Part shown: piece by piece, positions 1-12,430 of the stretch
How positions within the stretch are numbered: position 1 is the stretch's first letter
How the letters are laid out: every line of letters begins with the position of its first letter
DNA from: Emiliania huxleyi CCMP1516
Taxonomy: Eukaryota
DNA length: 64,000 nucleotides
Direction: 5' to 3'
Assembly (NCBI RefSeq): GCF_000372725.1
Contig: NW_005201493.1
Coordinates: 76,830 to 140,829, forward strand
Translations under genes and position numbers: made by a program
Notes under the pieces: generated by a model
The model's database searches: none
The model's input: the letters and a program-made list of their open reading frames with translations, nothing else
What the model was told of the DNA's origin: nothing

Positions 1-1
1 C

Positions 2-1369
2 CAGCGCGAGGCGGCGGCGGGCGGTGCGGGCGGCGCTTCCTCGGGCGAGGCGGCGGCGGGAGCGAGGGCCGCAGCCTCTTCCGGCTCGCCGGGCAGGCTA
101 TCCGAAGAGGCCAGGCGCCTCGAGGCGGGGATAGCGGCTGCGCGAGGCGACGAGGCGGCGGTGCTGGCGTGGCTTGACAGCGGCGGGCGGGTCAACGCGA
201 CTTGCCGGGCAGGCGATGCGAGCGGCGTCACCGCGCTGATGCTTGCCGCCCAGAAGGGCCAAGAGGGGGTGGTCGAGCTGCTGCTGCAGCGCGGCGCGGA
301 GATCAACAAGCAGGACGGCAACGGCTACACCGCGCTGATGGACGCCGCCGGCAACGGCCACGAGCGGGTGGTCGAGCTGCTGCTGCAGCGCGGCGCGGAG
401 ATCAACATGCAGAACTGCAGAGGCAACACCGCGCTGATGTTCGCCGCCGGCAGCGGCCACGAGCGGGTGATCGACCTGCTGCTGCGGCGCGGCGCGGAGA
501 TCAACTTGCAGGACAGCGGAGGCAACACCGCGCTGATGGACGCCGCCGGCAGCGGCCACGAGCGGGTGATCGACTTGCTGCTGCGGCACGGCGCGGAGAT
601 CAACCAGAAGGACAGCGAGGGCGGCACCGCGCTGATGGCCGCCGCCAAGCGCAACCAATCCGCCGTCGTGATCTTCCTGCTGCGGGCGGGCGCAGACGCA
701 GCGTTGTGCTCTGCGAGCGGCAAGACGGCGCTGCAGGTGGCCAAGAAGCAGGGCCACGCCGAGTGCGTGCGCGCCCTCGAGGAGCATGCGGCGGCGGAGG
801 CGGAGGCGGAGGCAACGGCGAGGGGGGCGGAGAGAGCGGCGGCGGAGGCGGAGGCGGCGCGGCATGCCGAGGCGCTGCTGGCGGAGGAGGAGAAGGAGAA
901 GGAGGCGGAGCGCGCCAAGGAGAGCAAGACGGGCAACAACAAGAAGAAGAAGGGGAAGGGCGGCGGAGGCGGCGCTGGGCCGTCGCGGGAGCCCGAGGAT
1001 GAGGCAGCGCTGGCGGCGGGAGAGGAGGCGGAGTTGGCGGCGGCGCTCGAGGAGAGCGCGAGGCTGGAGGAGGAGAGGCGGGCGCCCGACGAGCAGGTGT
1101 CGTCCTCTTTGGCTGCAGAGAGGCCGCCTTCGGTGGAGGAGGAGGAGCCACCAGCCGACTTCGTCTGCCCGATCACGACCGAGGTCATGAGCGACCCGGT
1201 GATGGCGGCCGATGGGCATGCTTACGAGCGGACGGCGATCGAGCGCTGGCTCGCGACAAAGTCGACGAGCCCTCTGACGGGCGGCGAGCTCGAGCACCCA
1301 TACCTCACCCCCAATTACATGCTGCGCCGGATGATCCGGGACTGGGACGGGGCGCGGAAGGCAGCGTGA
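2..1369 (+). CDS. Ankyrin-repeat + C-terminal U-box protein (putative E3 ubiquitin ligase); 5' end lies upstream of the window
   Basis: About 5-6 ankyrin repeats (G.TALM.AA..GHERV..LLL.RGAEIN) followed by a U-box (PADFVCPITTEVMSDPVMAADGHAYERTAIERWL...SPLTG...LTPNYMLRRMIRDW). The frame is open back to position 2. No intron in the visible part. Confidence 0.92.
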   Translation, partial: QREAAAGGAGGASSGEAAAGARAAASSGSPGRLSEEARRLEAGIAAARGDEAAVLAWLDSGGRVNATCRAGDASGVTALMLAAQKGQEGVVELLLQRGAEINKQDGNGYTALMDAAGNGHERVVELLLQRGAEINMQNCRGNTALMFAAGSGHERVIDLLLRRGAEINLQDSGGNTALMDAAGSGHERVIDLLLRHGAEINQKDSEGGTALMAAAKRNQSAVVIFLLRAGADAALCSASGKTALQVAKKQGHAECVRALEEHAAAEAEAEATARGAERAAAEAEAARHAEALLAEEEKEKEAERAKESKTGNNKKKKGKGGGGGAGPSREPEDEAALAAGEEAELAAALEESARLEEERRAPDEQVSSSLAAERPPSVEEEEPPADFVCPITTEVMSDPVMAADGHAYERTAIERWLATKSTSPLTGGELEHPYLTPNYMLRRMIRDWDGARKAA

Positions 1370-2726
1370 CCGGGCTCGTAATCGCGCCCCATCCCTCGAC
1401 CCCATCCCAGGGGTGTGCATGCGGACTGTACCTCACAGTTGTGACGCGGGAGCGGCGTATACGACCGTACGAGGGAAGCACACGGCGTCCTGTGAGCGAC
1501 ACGCCGTACGCATCCATGATCCAAGTAAGACGTCCATTTAAAGCCGTAAGCGCAACGAAACCAACGATTATTTTTGCTCTATCGCGCGTCCCCCGTTATG
1601 CGGGGGGACAAGAAACCGCATCCCGATGTCGAGCGTGGAGCGAGGAATATGATCTAGCTCAGATCTTAGCTCGGTCGTCGTAAAATCCCTGGTGGCGGCG
1701 TGCCGGCTGCCGCGTCCTCCCATGGCTAGTTCAAATTCACTCTCTGACACGCTAATCTTGAAAACGCGTCCAACGGAGCTCCGTGTTGCTCCCAGCGGAA
1801 TCCCCCGCGCTTCCTGCGGCCATGGCCGATGATACTAGTATGAGAGGTCATCTGGCTACCGCGAGCGCGACTCAACTCGCCGACGTCGTCCGATGATGGT
1901 GCCGCAAAGTCAGCCTCCGGCGGTAGCCGTGACATGTGGTTCCACCACCCCTCGCAGGCTTTGCCTCTGACCGCCACCGTTCCCAGGCTGCCTAATGGGA
2001 TGGAAAGGAAGGCTGGGCGAGCGTATAGAAGCGTGCTCGACCTCGTCGTGGCAACCTGCACGGCAGCGCTGGCAGGCGCGATGAGCGTCGTGCCACCTGA
2101 CCCAAGACGGGTCGCAGGCGTCGTACCGAGCGTGTCGAGACCGTGTCCTGATGTGATCTGCACGGGTGAGTCACGTCGGCGTCAAAGGAGCGACGTGCGA
2201 CCTGTCAGAGCTTGATCTCCGATCTCAGCGGCGTCGAGTCGTCTCCGGCGGCGACAAAGGTACATACCCAGGACGCGCAGAGGCAGCTGCGATCCCGCCG
2301 AGTGGACGGTGGCACACCGCGCCACCTGCTGTGTGCCGCCGTCTACTCGGCGGGGTCGCAGCTGCCTCTGGAAGGCACCGAGAGGTACCAAATGGCGCAA
2401 ATGGTCAAATCAAGGTTTTGTAACGCGAGCTGTGCCACAGTGAATGGAACTAGCCCATCCCTCCCTTTGTCTCTTTTCTACGGCTCCGGTGGTGAGCCGG
2501 TGTGTGTGCCAGTCCGCGCCAGTCCGCGCCCTTGTCGTGCCAGTGTGCTGTGAGAGAGGCTTGTATTTTATAAGAATTCTTCTCTGGCAGACAGAGCAGC
2601 GGCCGCCCAGGCGGGCCGGCCGAGAGCAAAAAGAGTACACGTGGCGCAGCCCTGCTGCGACTCCGGCTCCGCACACTCGCACACCCCGCAGCCACCGCCC
2701 CTCACAACCAAAACAGATTCTCATCT

Positions 2727-4361
2727 CTATCTCGCCGGCGCCTCCACGTGTGCGTCTTGAAGACGCTGTGGGTCGACCTCGGCCTCCGCGCCGCTCGAAC
2801 CTCTGCTCACTCCCTCCGCATCGTCCTCTGGCCACAGCTCCGGCGCCGCCTTCGCCTCCTTGCGCGTCATCTCGAGCAGCGTCTTTGGCAGCGACTCCTC
2901 GGCCGCCTGGTAGCACGGCCCGAGCGAGGGCGAGAACGACCAGTGGCCGAGGCCGATGTCGACGCTGCGGTTGCGCGTCTGCACGCCCTCCGTCCGCTCG
3001 AAGAGCTCCGCGAGCCACTTCCCGTGCTCCGGCGGGCAGCCTACTCGCAGCGGCGCGGCTGAAATGGAGGGCGCCACAACGCAGGGCGGCGGCTGACCCG
3101 AGGGCTCGCGATGCCGGGGCTGCCGTCATCGTGCGCCCACCACACCGCCACGTGCTTGGTCCGGATGTGCCGCGGGTCGAAGCCCCACAGGGTGTTGGTG
3201 GCGTAGCACGTCATCTCGTACCCTTGCCCCACGTAGCCGCGCGCTCCCGTCCGCTTCTGATCCTCGGCGACCATCGGCAGCACCCACGGCCTCTCCTCGG
3301 CGAGCTTTGGCCAGATCATGTGCCCTATCGCCATGGGCGGGGACGCAAACGGCAGCAGGTTGGTCACGTCGGCGAGCGTAAAGTTCCACGCGGCGTGCCA
3401 CTCGCGCGGGTCGTTGTTCCGCACGAGGAAGAGGTCGTCCGCGTCGCACCGGAAGCCGAGCTCATCGCACAGCGGCGTCGACAGGTAGGGGCAGTTGAGT
3501 CCGAGGCCGATGCAGCGGTGCTCGGCGTGGTTGGGGCCTAGACAGGAACCGCGGCGAATCCAGACGGGGAGCTCGCGAGCAGGCCTCGAGGCACGACAGC
3601 TGGGCGCGCCAAAGTACCACGCCACGGCGAGCGCGTGAGAGGTGCCGAGGCTGTGGCCGTCCACCAAGAACTCGTCGACCCCCTCCGCCCACAGGATGGG
3701 CGCGAGGTCGTCGCGCGGAAAGTTGGCGATTCGGCGGTCCGGCTGCACAGAGAGGGCGGACGCGGTGAGAGGATGAGTTTCGCTAAGAGGCCAGCTCTCC
3801 TCAGCCCGCCTGGATGTCGCTGTAGCCCGAGTTGGGCATGGTGGGGGCGATGCCCCTGATGTTGAGATGCTTGAACATCTCGGCGTTCCAGGTGCACATG
3901 AGCCCGCCAGTGCTGGTCGCGCCGTGCATCTGAACCATGACTGTGGCGTCCTCCCTATTGCTGCCGTACACAAGGTACTCGACCACCTGTGTGTTGATTG
4001 AGTGCGTTAGGACGCCACATGCTCGTACATGTGCATCTGAACCACGACAGTGGCCCACCCGCCCGTCCTTCGTGGTGACATGCCGTCCAAAGCCGCCCAG
4101 TCGCTCGGCCGACGCGCGCTGCTCGTCCTCGCTAAAGGGTAGCTGCCCCCGCTCCTTGCGGTAGGTGCCGTAAACGAGCACCGAGGCGCAGAGCAGCGCC
4201 GGGCCGCCGAGCAGCGCCTTGAGCAAACCGTCAGTGCGCTTGACCAGCGCGACGAGGCTGATGGTCGTCAGGCCGAGCCAGGTAACGAGACCGCGCTTGA
4301 AGGCGGTGCGGGAGGGCGGCGCAAACCTGCGGGTCCAGTTGAGCGAGACGCGAGAGCTCAT
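2727..4361 (-). CDS. Alpha/beta-hydrolase fold protein with N-terminal membrane segments, multi-exon
   Basis: Exon pieces in ORFs 3801-4361, 3041-3973 and 2727-3077 give VEYLVYG...QMHG, a nucleophile elbow GHSLG, VWWAHDD and a late GHW. Hydrophobic N-terminus. Confidence 0.75.
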
Positions 4362-4698
4362 CGGCGATTGTCCTCATCGGCGATTGTCGGCCTTCGAGCC
4401 TGTGCAAGCACTGTAGTTTCTTCTTTTCGCACCTTAAGTGGCTCCTTGGTGTCCAGTCCGAGCCTGGCTGTTCTTCACCTTTCTACCTACCTACCTGGCT
4501 CCTGTGCTCCTTCGCAATGTGCATGAGCGATCGCGACCGCGAGGTGGTGCGAGACGCGGCGTGGGAGCGGATCCGCCCGGTGGAGGAGGCGGGGAAGATG
4601 AGGGAATGGGACTGGGGGAGTGAGCGGCTTGCGGTTGCCGGTTGTTGTAATGCGAGAGAGTATAAATAAACGGACATCCCAAGGGGGGTTCCGCTGCT

Positions 4699-4780
4699 AG
4701 GGGAAACCCGGAGCGCAGAGCTAACCCTCGGAGACCCGTGTTTACTTTACGGCCCTTTCCCTGCGAACGCGCACCCCCCA
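4699..4780 (+). repeat. Dispersed ~80 bp repeat, copy 1 (second copy at 17453-17536)
   Basis: The last ~50 bp (GGAGACCCGTGTTTACTTTACGGCCCTTTCCCTGCGAACGCGCACCCCCCA) are identical in both copies; the 5' part is similar. Confidence 0.9.
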
Positions 4781-4791
4781 GGGCTAGGGCT

Positions 4792-4911
4792 CTCTTGCCC
4801 GCAACCCGATCCCGATCATCCGGCCCGCTGGGTGCGCTCCTCAGCTCCCCGGCCCTGGATGTGAGGTTGCCGACTGCACTCCAAGTGCTCCAAGTGCTCC
4901 AAGTGCTCCAA
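4792..4911 (+). mobile_element. Short SINE/LINE-3'-end-like element with (CCAAGTGCT)n tail and 9-bp TSD, copy 1
   Basis: GCTAGGGCT flanks both sides (4783-4791, 4912-4920). The core CTGGGTGCGC...GGCCCTGGATGTGAGGTT...TGCACTCCAAGTGC recurs at 28138, 31431 and 42461. Confidence 0.75.
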
Positions 4912-5039
4912 GCTAGGGCTGGGTCGAGGACAGACACGTCCCCACCTTTGCAGGATTTTGCAAAAGCGAGGGGGGAGGGCGCATCGCCGCGCGGAGAGGG
5001 CTGGGCACAGGGCACAGGGAATCTCTCTCGCATAGGATA

Positions 5040-5442
5040 CAGTCTGTTGCGGGCATTAAGAAAACAGGGCATTAAGAAACCACAGCGCGCCGCAGGCGCG
5101 GCCCCAAGAAAGGGCCCACACACGAGTGTGAACAGGAGCCCCGCTCAAATTTTCTCTTCGCCTGCGGCGCGCGCACTTGTCATTTTGCCTAAGTCTGCGG
5201 TGTTCTGGGCGGTGTGGATGGAGGTGTGTGCGTCTTCCTGTCATCCCAAGACTGCTGACTGGCGCATCGGTCCAGCGCTTCCTTATTGTCATTTTACCTA
5301 AAAATTCGCCTAGATCCCGGCTGACCTGGGGTGCCGGCCGAAGCTAAGAAACCACGGCGTGGGGTGGGTGGGGTGGGTGGAAAGGCTTAGAAACGGCGGC
5401 GTGCCGCGGGTATCCTGTTTTCTTAATGCCCGCAACAGACTG
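5040..5442. mobile_element. Tc1/mariner-type MITE
   Basis: Perfect 29-bp TIR CAGTCTGTTGCGGGCATTAAGAAAACAGG, with TA on both flanks (5038-39, 5443-44). No coding capacity. Confidence 0.9.
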
Positions 5443-6609
5443 TATGCACTCGGCGGCACGAGGGCAGGGCTGGGCGTCCTATTTGTGCTCCCCCCTGGAC
5501 CCCTCGCTCTCTGGCACTATCCATCTGACCACTCATCTGAGAAACCCTCCTTATCAGCTGGTCAGCCGCCATGTGGGCCTCCGGGCCTGCTACGGCGGCG
5601 CGGCCGGTTGAGGCCGGGCTCGGCCCGGCCCGCGACGGCTGGCCGCCGACGAGCGCGCTCGCGCTGCTCGTCAAGATGGCGGCGGTGGCGATTGCGGCGA
5701 CAAAAGTGCAGGCGTACAGCGCTCAGGCCTCTGGCGTCTGTCGTCTGTTGTCGCACACGCGCGCGCCGCGCGACCCGCGTCGCTCCGCGAGGGCATGAGC
5801 CTTCCGCGATTCGATCCCGCAGCCAAAAGCTGCTCGCTCGAACCGCGGCCGACTCCGCCATCGCGGCCGCAGCTGTTGAGCTCTCCAGAAGACTGGTGCC
5901 TCAAAGCGAGATCACCCGAGAGCAGCTGAGCCTGCCTCTGGCCTCGCCTCCCTCTCCTCCAGGCATTCGTGGGACGTGGCATCCTATGGGTCGTCCAGAG
6001 TATCGACCTCTGGCTTGTCAGCCGCCCCACCGAGGGCACCATGAAGTACAGCGATCGCCACCTTGCTGGCCTCTCCGCAATTACCCCCGACCGCGTCGAA
6101 CTCATCGGCGCGGGCTCTCTCGGCTACGCCTACGGCCTACGGGACCGGCCCCAGCTTCGGCTGAGGGCTAAGCTGCCGAGCCCAAATCACTGTGAGAGTC
6201 GTGATTTCTTGTTGGTTTCCTAAAATCTCTCTCTCATCTGCGGGGCTTGGCGAGCGGCCGCGCTGCGGGGCAGGGCTGGTGAGAATGGGCTCTGGCCACT
6301 CGCCCGTGCGGGTGTAACCGCGCATCAGTCGGACAGAGGCCTCGAGCCCTCGACCGCCCCTCGCGGCAAGCTCTCGAGCATCTCGAGCAGCTCGCCCGCC
6401 GCCATCGCCGCCTCGAACTGCTCCCTCATGCCGAGCGCGCCGCAGACCCTACGTACCGCCTCTTGCTGCACCTCGTCATGGAGGTTGCATCGTTTGTTTA
6501 TTTCTCTCTTTTTTGGGGGGGGGGGGCGACCGAGTTTCGTTTCGACCGAGTTTTCTCTCCTTTCCTGGCCGACCAAGGACCCGACGCAGCCCGACTTATA
6601 TCCAAACGT

Positions 6610-7693
6610 ATGCCGCGCATCGCTCGCCTCGTCGCCGTCGCCGGCCTCGCCCTGGTTGGCTCTGCGCCCGTCCCGGAGGAGCAGCCCATCGCCGCTGCCG
6701 CTGCCGTCCAAGCTGCCGCCACAGCCGCTCCTGACGAGAAGATCTTCCCCATCGCCGCCGCCGGCATCGCCATCGCCTCGCAGCTTCCCGAAGAGCAGCA
6801 GCAGGCCATCCTCGACTTTATCGACCCGGCTAAGGTCAACCCGGAGACCGTGTCGGACCTGATCTCGCTCGTCACTCCAACGGAAGCGGAGAGCGACATC
6901 CGCGACGCTGTCAACGACCTCCACGGCCTGCTCGTTCTCATGCACAGCCATGGCTTCGTCGCCCCGGGCGAGGGAGCGTGGGCGGCCGGCCTCGCCGACA
7001 CGCTCACCCAGTCTGTGAAATGGTTCGAGGATCACGTCGAGACGCACGTCGAGAGCGAGCTCATCAAACCCGCAGAGGCTGCCCTCGCTGACGCCGGGCT
7101 CGAGGTCGAGCTCACAGGCATTGTGCCGGCCGTCAAGGACCAGTTCAAAATGCTCACCGAGCTGCTCCTAACCGCCTCGACGCTCCTGAAGGGCGAGCTT
7201 CCGACGCACGAGCAGGTCAGCGCGCTCATCATCTCGTCAGGCTTCGTGCCTGACGAGGCGACCAAGGACATCAAGGAGGCGGTGGAGGACCTGCACGAGC
7301 TGCTGACCGAGCTGGTGTCCAGCGGCTTCGTGCCTCCGGGTGACGGGGCCTGGGCGGCGGGCCTGTCCGACGCCATCACCAAGGGGCTGGACTGGTCTGA
7401 CACCCTAGATGCTGAACCTAGACCCCTCAACTCCCGAGAAGGCCGCCGAACTTGAGCACTTGAGCACGAGATGGGGTCGATTCCGCCGGACTCACGCCCC
7501 GACTTTATGACGCAGGTTCGACACCCACGTCAAGGACGAGCTCACCGAGCAGCTCATCGACCCCGCCTCGGCGGAGCTCGAGCTCGACCTTTCCGGCCTC
7601 GTCCCCGCGATCGAGTCGCAGTTCGCCACGATTGCAGAGATGCTCTCTGCCTTTGCGAGCATGGCCGCGCCGGCAGCGGACCCGCAGGCGTGA
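6610..7693 (+). CDS. Secreted acidic helical protein with two ~100-aa internal repeats (one intron, 7395-7515)
   Basis: Signal peptide MPRIARLVAVAGLALVGSA. Repeats DIRDAVNDLHGLL..HGFVAPGEGAWAAGLAD and DIKEAVEDLHELL..SGFVPPGDGAWAAGLSD. Removing the GT-AG intron restores the second repeat (W|FDTHVKDELTEQLIDPA). Confidence 0.8.
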
Positions 7694-9056
7694 GGAGCGC
7701 GAATGCGCGCCGCCTCTCTTGGCACGACGAACGTATTTGCCTTCAAGCTTGCCACCGAGCTGACGAGCGAGTAGGCTGGGGACGTGGCCTGAGTGGCGTA
7801 GTGCCGTACGCTCACTCGGGATGTGTGGCAGCCCAGCTGGTGCCAGTTGTGGTCGTGGTGGCCAGCGAACTTGAAAAGCTATGAGTGCATGACTCGAGCG
7901 TGTGGCCGGTCCAGTCGGTGTTTAAAGTGGCCCTTTGCATGTGTACAGTACTCCTTAGTTGTCGGTCTAAAGACACAAACGACGACCAAGGACCCCAATA
8001 AATACGGGCGACCCGGGACTGCGGCACTCTTGGCTCACAATCCTGCGCACCGGCATGCCGCGTCATAAATAGCTCCGCCGCTTCGATAGGTTACATGCCA
8101 CTCGGCGAGCAGCCACCGTGCGCATTTCCAAACGCTAGCGCCCCTGACGCCTCACGCCACCTACGGCTCTCTGGGCGGCCACCTTTCAGGCGACACTGCT
8201 CGTCTTGAAGCCCGCCACGGCACCATCAGCCAGGACCACCATCAACCTTGGCGGGCCGGGGAGGGGGGGGGGGGGGCGACGCTGGTCAGTTTGTGTGATA
8301 TAGCGCCGCCTCCATCCTTCAATCTAGCACTGGTCTATCTCAATGTGGCACATCTGGGCGCTTGCAACCCTCCCGCTCTCCGGTCGACTCGCATGACGAT
8401 GGCTGTTTGGTTGTATCTCTCGTGTGCCGGGTTGATGATCCGCACGATGTCGCCGCGCTTGAAGGACCGCGAGGCGCACGCCAGGCACGGTTCCTCCATC
8501 CCCTGCGGGGCCGGGCTCGGTGCCCCCCCCCGCGGCTGTGGCAATGCGACTCTCCTGATCGACGGACGCGCGAATTGGAGATTCGATTGTTCGGGACAGA
8601 TATTCATCGGGCGAATCGCGGGCTAATGAGTAGCAGGCGAAGGGGGGAATCGAAAGGGGGGAAGGTTGCGACGCCGGGTCGGTGCGTGCGTGTCGGTCAA
8701 CACATTCATTGCGAGTCGTCGTGCACGGCCAACAAACAACACGATGATCACGGCCTCCATCGCGTTGTGGACTGCAATGCTCATCAGCCATGGAGGTCGT
8801 GGCGAGGCGAATTCACCTTCGATCGAAAGGTTCCTCTTTACCCGCTTTCTTCCTTTGCCCCCCGGGGGGCCACTGACTGCTGAGGAGCTGAGCGTCCATC
8901 CCCAGGGCCAGGCAGCTCAAACGAGATTTTCTTTTCTTCCTTTGCCCCGGGCCAGTGAGCTGACTGTGAACCTCGCGGGGGCTCGGGTCTTGCTCACGCT
9001 GCTCCTCCCTAGGACTCTTCCCACAGGAGCAGGTGTGAAGCGGCTGCGGCAAAGCA

Positions 9057-9237
9057 GGGTTCCAACTTTTTCCGGGGTATGGTATGGTAGGCTCGGGGGG
9101 GGGGGGGGGGTATGGTCCTGACCGCCCAAGGCTAGCCCTACCATACCCCAAGCAGGTCTTCCAAGAGGCGGGGGGGTATGGTCTCGAGGTGGGTTGGCCG
9201 AGCGCACCATACCACACCACGGAAAAAGTTGGAACCC
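9057..9237. mobile_element. Small MITE-like inverted-repeat element
   Basis: ~30-bp imperfect TIR GGGTTCCAACTTTTTCCG.GGT.TGGTATGGT / ACCATACCACACCACGGAAAAAGTTGGAACCC. No clean adjacent TSD. Confidence 0.7.
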
Positions 9238-9292
9238 ACAGGAGCGATATGCTGTCGGTCTGGGCTTGCGCAATCACGGGCTACTCGGCTGT

Positions 9293-9375
9293 GATGAGCA
9301 CGCCGGGCTGCCGTGCCTGCGCGTGGATGAGTACGCCGGGCAGCCGTGCCTGCGCGCGGATGAGCACGCCGGGAG
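9293..9375 (+). repeat. 33-bp tandem repeat, ~2.5 copies
   Basis: GATGAG(C/T)ACGCCGGGC(T/A)GCCGTGCCTGCGCG(T/C)G units. Confidence 0.85.
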
Positions 9376-9399
9376 AGCGCGCCGACCTGGGCGAGGACG

Positions 9400-9602
9400 G
9401 GCTCGCCGGGGCACAGTGGTCCCGAGCCAAATGGGCAACGGAGAGAGAGACGACCGATGACGGTGCGTGCTACATCGTCGAGGACAAGGACGCCCCGGAT
9501 CCGTCCAAGCAGTGGTTCTTCTGCTCCGACCCGGCAGAGGACGACAGCATGCAGTGCGAGCTCGTGCCGGAGTGGATGGGTACAGCGCCTGACGGAGGGT
9601 GA
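9400..9602 (+). CDS. Exon of a small acidic Cys-containing hypothetical protein
   Basis: Protein-like segment DDGACYIVEDKDAPDPSKQWFFCSDPAEDDSMQCELVPEWMG with GC3-rich codons. Gene limits unclear. Confidence 0.45.
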
Positions 9603-11374
9603 GGGAGCGCACAGTCGCCCAAGCCACGCACGCATTTTCACTCCCGCATTGTTTGCGTGCCCAGGCACGCGGTCTGGCTCTGCTCGAAGCCAAAGGTGAC
9701 GAAGTAGCCCCGCAGTCTCCTCCCGGAGCGCGCAGGTTGCAGTCGCTTGCCCTTGGCAAGCCGAGCTCTGTCGCGGTCCTGCGAGATCGCGCCTTGGCGC
9801 CGGATGGCCCTGGGCGAGCGTACGTTGTCGGTGTGTGAGAGCGCGAGCGTACATCTCCCTTCCCATGAGTACCGCCACACATGTCTCCGTCCGCATGTTC
9901 GATGTTGAGAGCGTGCGCTGCGCGTCCCTCTGCCTCTCTCGCTCTGTCTCTGCGCGTAGGTACTCATGCACACTCGCTGCGGTGGCTCTCTCAGAGGGAT
10001 TCGCCGTACAAAAGCGAATACAAATGGAAGCGAGCGCGCACACGGGTCACGGCGTCTCGGCGCTCCGCTGGCGGTGGCGCTGCCCGCTGCGCCACCGGTG
10101 CACCGCGGGCCAGCCGCGCGCGCCCAAGAGTTGAGGCCCAGAGCGTGCAGGTCGGTATTATGGGATTTTTGAGGTCAGGACTCACCGCGCGCGCGGACAC
10201 GACTGCCCGGCGGCGGCGCGTTATCTAATATCAAACTCGTGTCAGTCATCCGGCTGCGGCGTCACGCTGCGGATCGCCATCGCGGTTGATCTGCTGCGCG
10301 CCCCAACAAGCGACTGGGGCAGCTGCGGCGGAGGCTCGTCGGGACGGGGAGGCAGAGGGGCGAGGCCGGGCAGGGGGGGAGAGGAGGGTGCCCTCAGATC
10401 CTCGGTGAGGGCGGCCACCAGCTGGCGCACGCCGTCCAGCGAGAAGTGAGACATCGAAGTGGAGCCGTCGGAGATGTCCACCGTGACGACAGGCGGGAGG
10501 GCGGAGGGCTCACTTCCTAGCGGGTCGATCTCCGACGCCGCCTGAGAAGGCAAGCGCGCCACGCTGCAACTGAGCCACACTAGCTGTGTGTCTGTGCAAC
10601 GGTACACGCCGACTCTCGGAGCGGCTAGCGGAGCGGCGCACACCCGTCTTAGCTCCTCCACTTGCTCGCCTCGCACAGAGAGCATCCGTCCCGACACTTC
10701 GATCTGGATGCTCGCCTGCTCGCGGAGGAGGCAGGCCTGTCAGGAGACACCACACGCAGCACGGGCCGGCCCGAGGAGGCATAATGCGCGCTAATGCGCG
10801 CCGCGCGCGAGCGACGCCCGAGCGGCCGAAGCATCATATTGTCCACAGCAACCTCACTGGTGGCGTCTGCAAGACCGCCGCGGCCGCCTGCTTCCCAACT
10901 CGGGTCGTCGGACCTCAGGTCGCATGCCGTCCCGTCGTTGGACCTTTCCTTGGACAGCAGCGACCTGAGCCCCGCCGACACGGCGCAGAGCGCGCAGGCA
11001 AGCGCGGCCAACGCTCCCGCCGCGTAGGCCAAGATCTCTGCTTCTCGGGATTGAGCAGATTCTCTGGCCAACTGTAGCAGCCACGAAGGGGGCGAGATGT
11101 TGTCATCTTCCAAGCTCATCCGCGAAGCCCCCCTTGTCGCGCGATTTCGTCGGGTGCGCCCCGACGCGGCGACGCTGTTCACACACGCTCTCTCTGTGGT
11201 TTGGGAGTGTGTGTGTGTGTTGGTTTGGCGCGGGCCGATTTGGCGGCGGCGGGTTGATGTCGCGGCGTCTCTCCCCCATTTTGCTCGAGTAGAAAATTCA
11301 ATAGCACTTCCCTCACATCACCGCGCAGCCTCTGCTCCCCTTCTCGTCTCTCACCGCGGCCGGCACGTCCGGCT

Positions 11375-12037
11375 TCACGCCGAGCTGCTGCAGCTGCGAA
11401 CGCAGCACCTGCACGCGCGCGGGCAGTAAACGGGGTCAGAGTGGAGCTCGTTATCTCCGCAGGGTGCCAACATTTGTGCCTTTGTCTCGGCGTTGGCCTG
11501 CTTGAGCGCGGCCAGATACTGGTCGTACTGCTCTTTGGCGTGCGCCTGCACCTGGTTGGCGTATGCCGCCAGCTCCGCCTGCGAGATCTGGCCGTCGCCG
11601 TCCAAGTCCGCGGCCGCAAAGACGTCGCCCGCTGCGCCGCCGCCTGCGCCGCCGCGGCCGCCTGCTGCTGCTGCGCCGCCGCCAGCGATCAGCGCGGGCG
11701 AGACGCCTCCCCGCCGGAGCAGCTCCTGCTCCTTGCGCACAAGGGCGGCGTACTTCTGCTCGAGGGTGTCGAGCTTGTCGAGTACGCGGCTCAGGCCAGT
11801 CGGGTTGCCGCACTGGACGCATTCGGCACCGCAGCGCGGCTTCACCTTCTCGAACTTGTGCTCGTAGTCGGTGTGGGCAAACGGGAGCGATCTGCGCGCC
11901 CACTCAGAGCCGGCAGCCCCGCCACAATGCTTTGCGCAAGTCCAGGCACCGAGCCATCTCAAGCTGCAGGACATCAGGTAGTAGTAGTAGAAGTATATTT
12001 GGTAGTAGTTTGGGGAGAGAAAGAAAGAAGAATTCAA
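11375..12037 (-). CDS. EF-hand/coiled-coil protein (exon; boundaries approximate)
   Basis: Canonical EF-hand loop DVFAAADLDGDGQISQAELAAY flanked by coiled-coil segments. The ORF's 5' end is probably intronic. Confidence 0.6.
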   Translation of the reverse strand: MNSSFFLSPNYYQIYFYYYYLMSCSLRWLGAWTCAKHCGGAAGSEWARRSLPFAHTDYEHKFEKVKPRCGAECVQCGNPTGLSRVLDKLDTLEQKYAALVRKEQELLRRGGVSPALIAGGGAAAAGGRGGAGGGAAGDVFAAADLDGDGQISQAELAAYANQVQAHAKEQYDQYLAALKQANAETKAQMLAPCGDNELHSDPVYCPRACRCCVRSCSSSA

Positions 12038-12430
12038 TTAGCCCTCTCAGGAAAGAATTTTACAACGCGCTCCATCGCACAGGAAAGAATTTAAACAAAA
12101 CAACTCTCTCTCACAGCACACAGGCTCGACACAGGTGCGAACTGGCGCGTGCTAGTACTATCACCGGCACACGACCGGAGCCGCCTAAGCGACTCCGTTA
12201 AGAACGGCAATGCACTTAGCTCCGTGCACAATGCCGCTGTCCCCGCACGCTAGCTCGTTCACCGTCTGCCACGCCACGGCGGTGTGGAGAACGACAGACA
12301 AGCGCTGCATCTGCAGCCCGTGCCAGTTCTTGGTGGTCCATGAAAGAAGAGAGAGAAGAGAAGAGAGAAAATCTCTCTCTGAAAGAAACCCCGAAAGCGG
12401 AACACGCGCAACCGAGTGCCCCGAGAAGCA

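Noticed and set aside
4828..4911. 7SL/Alu-like RNA (ACTGCACTCCA)
   Set aside because: Only an 11-nt match; no SRP helices recognisable.
8335..8607. KOW-like motif FKRGDIVRIINP
   Set aside because: An isolated short motif with no supportable gene model.
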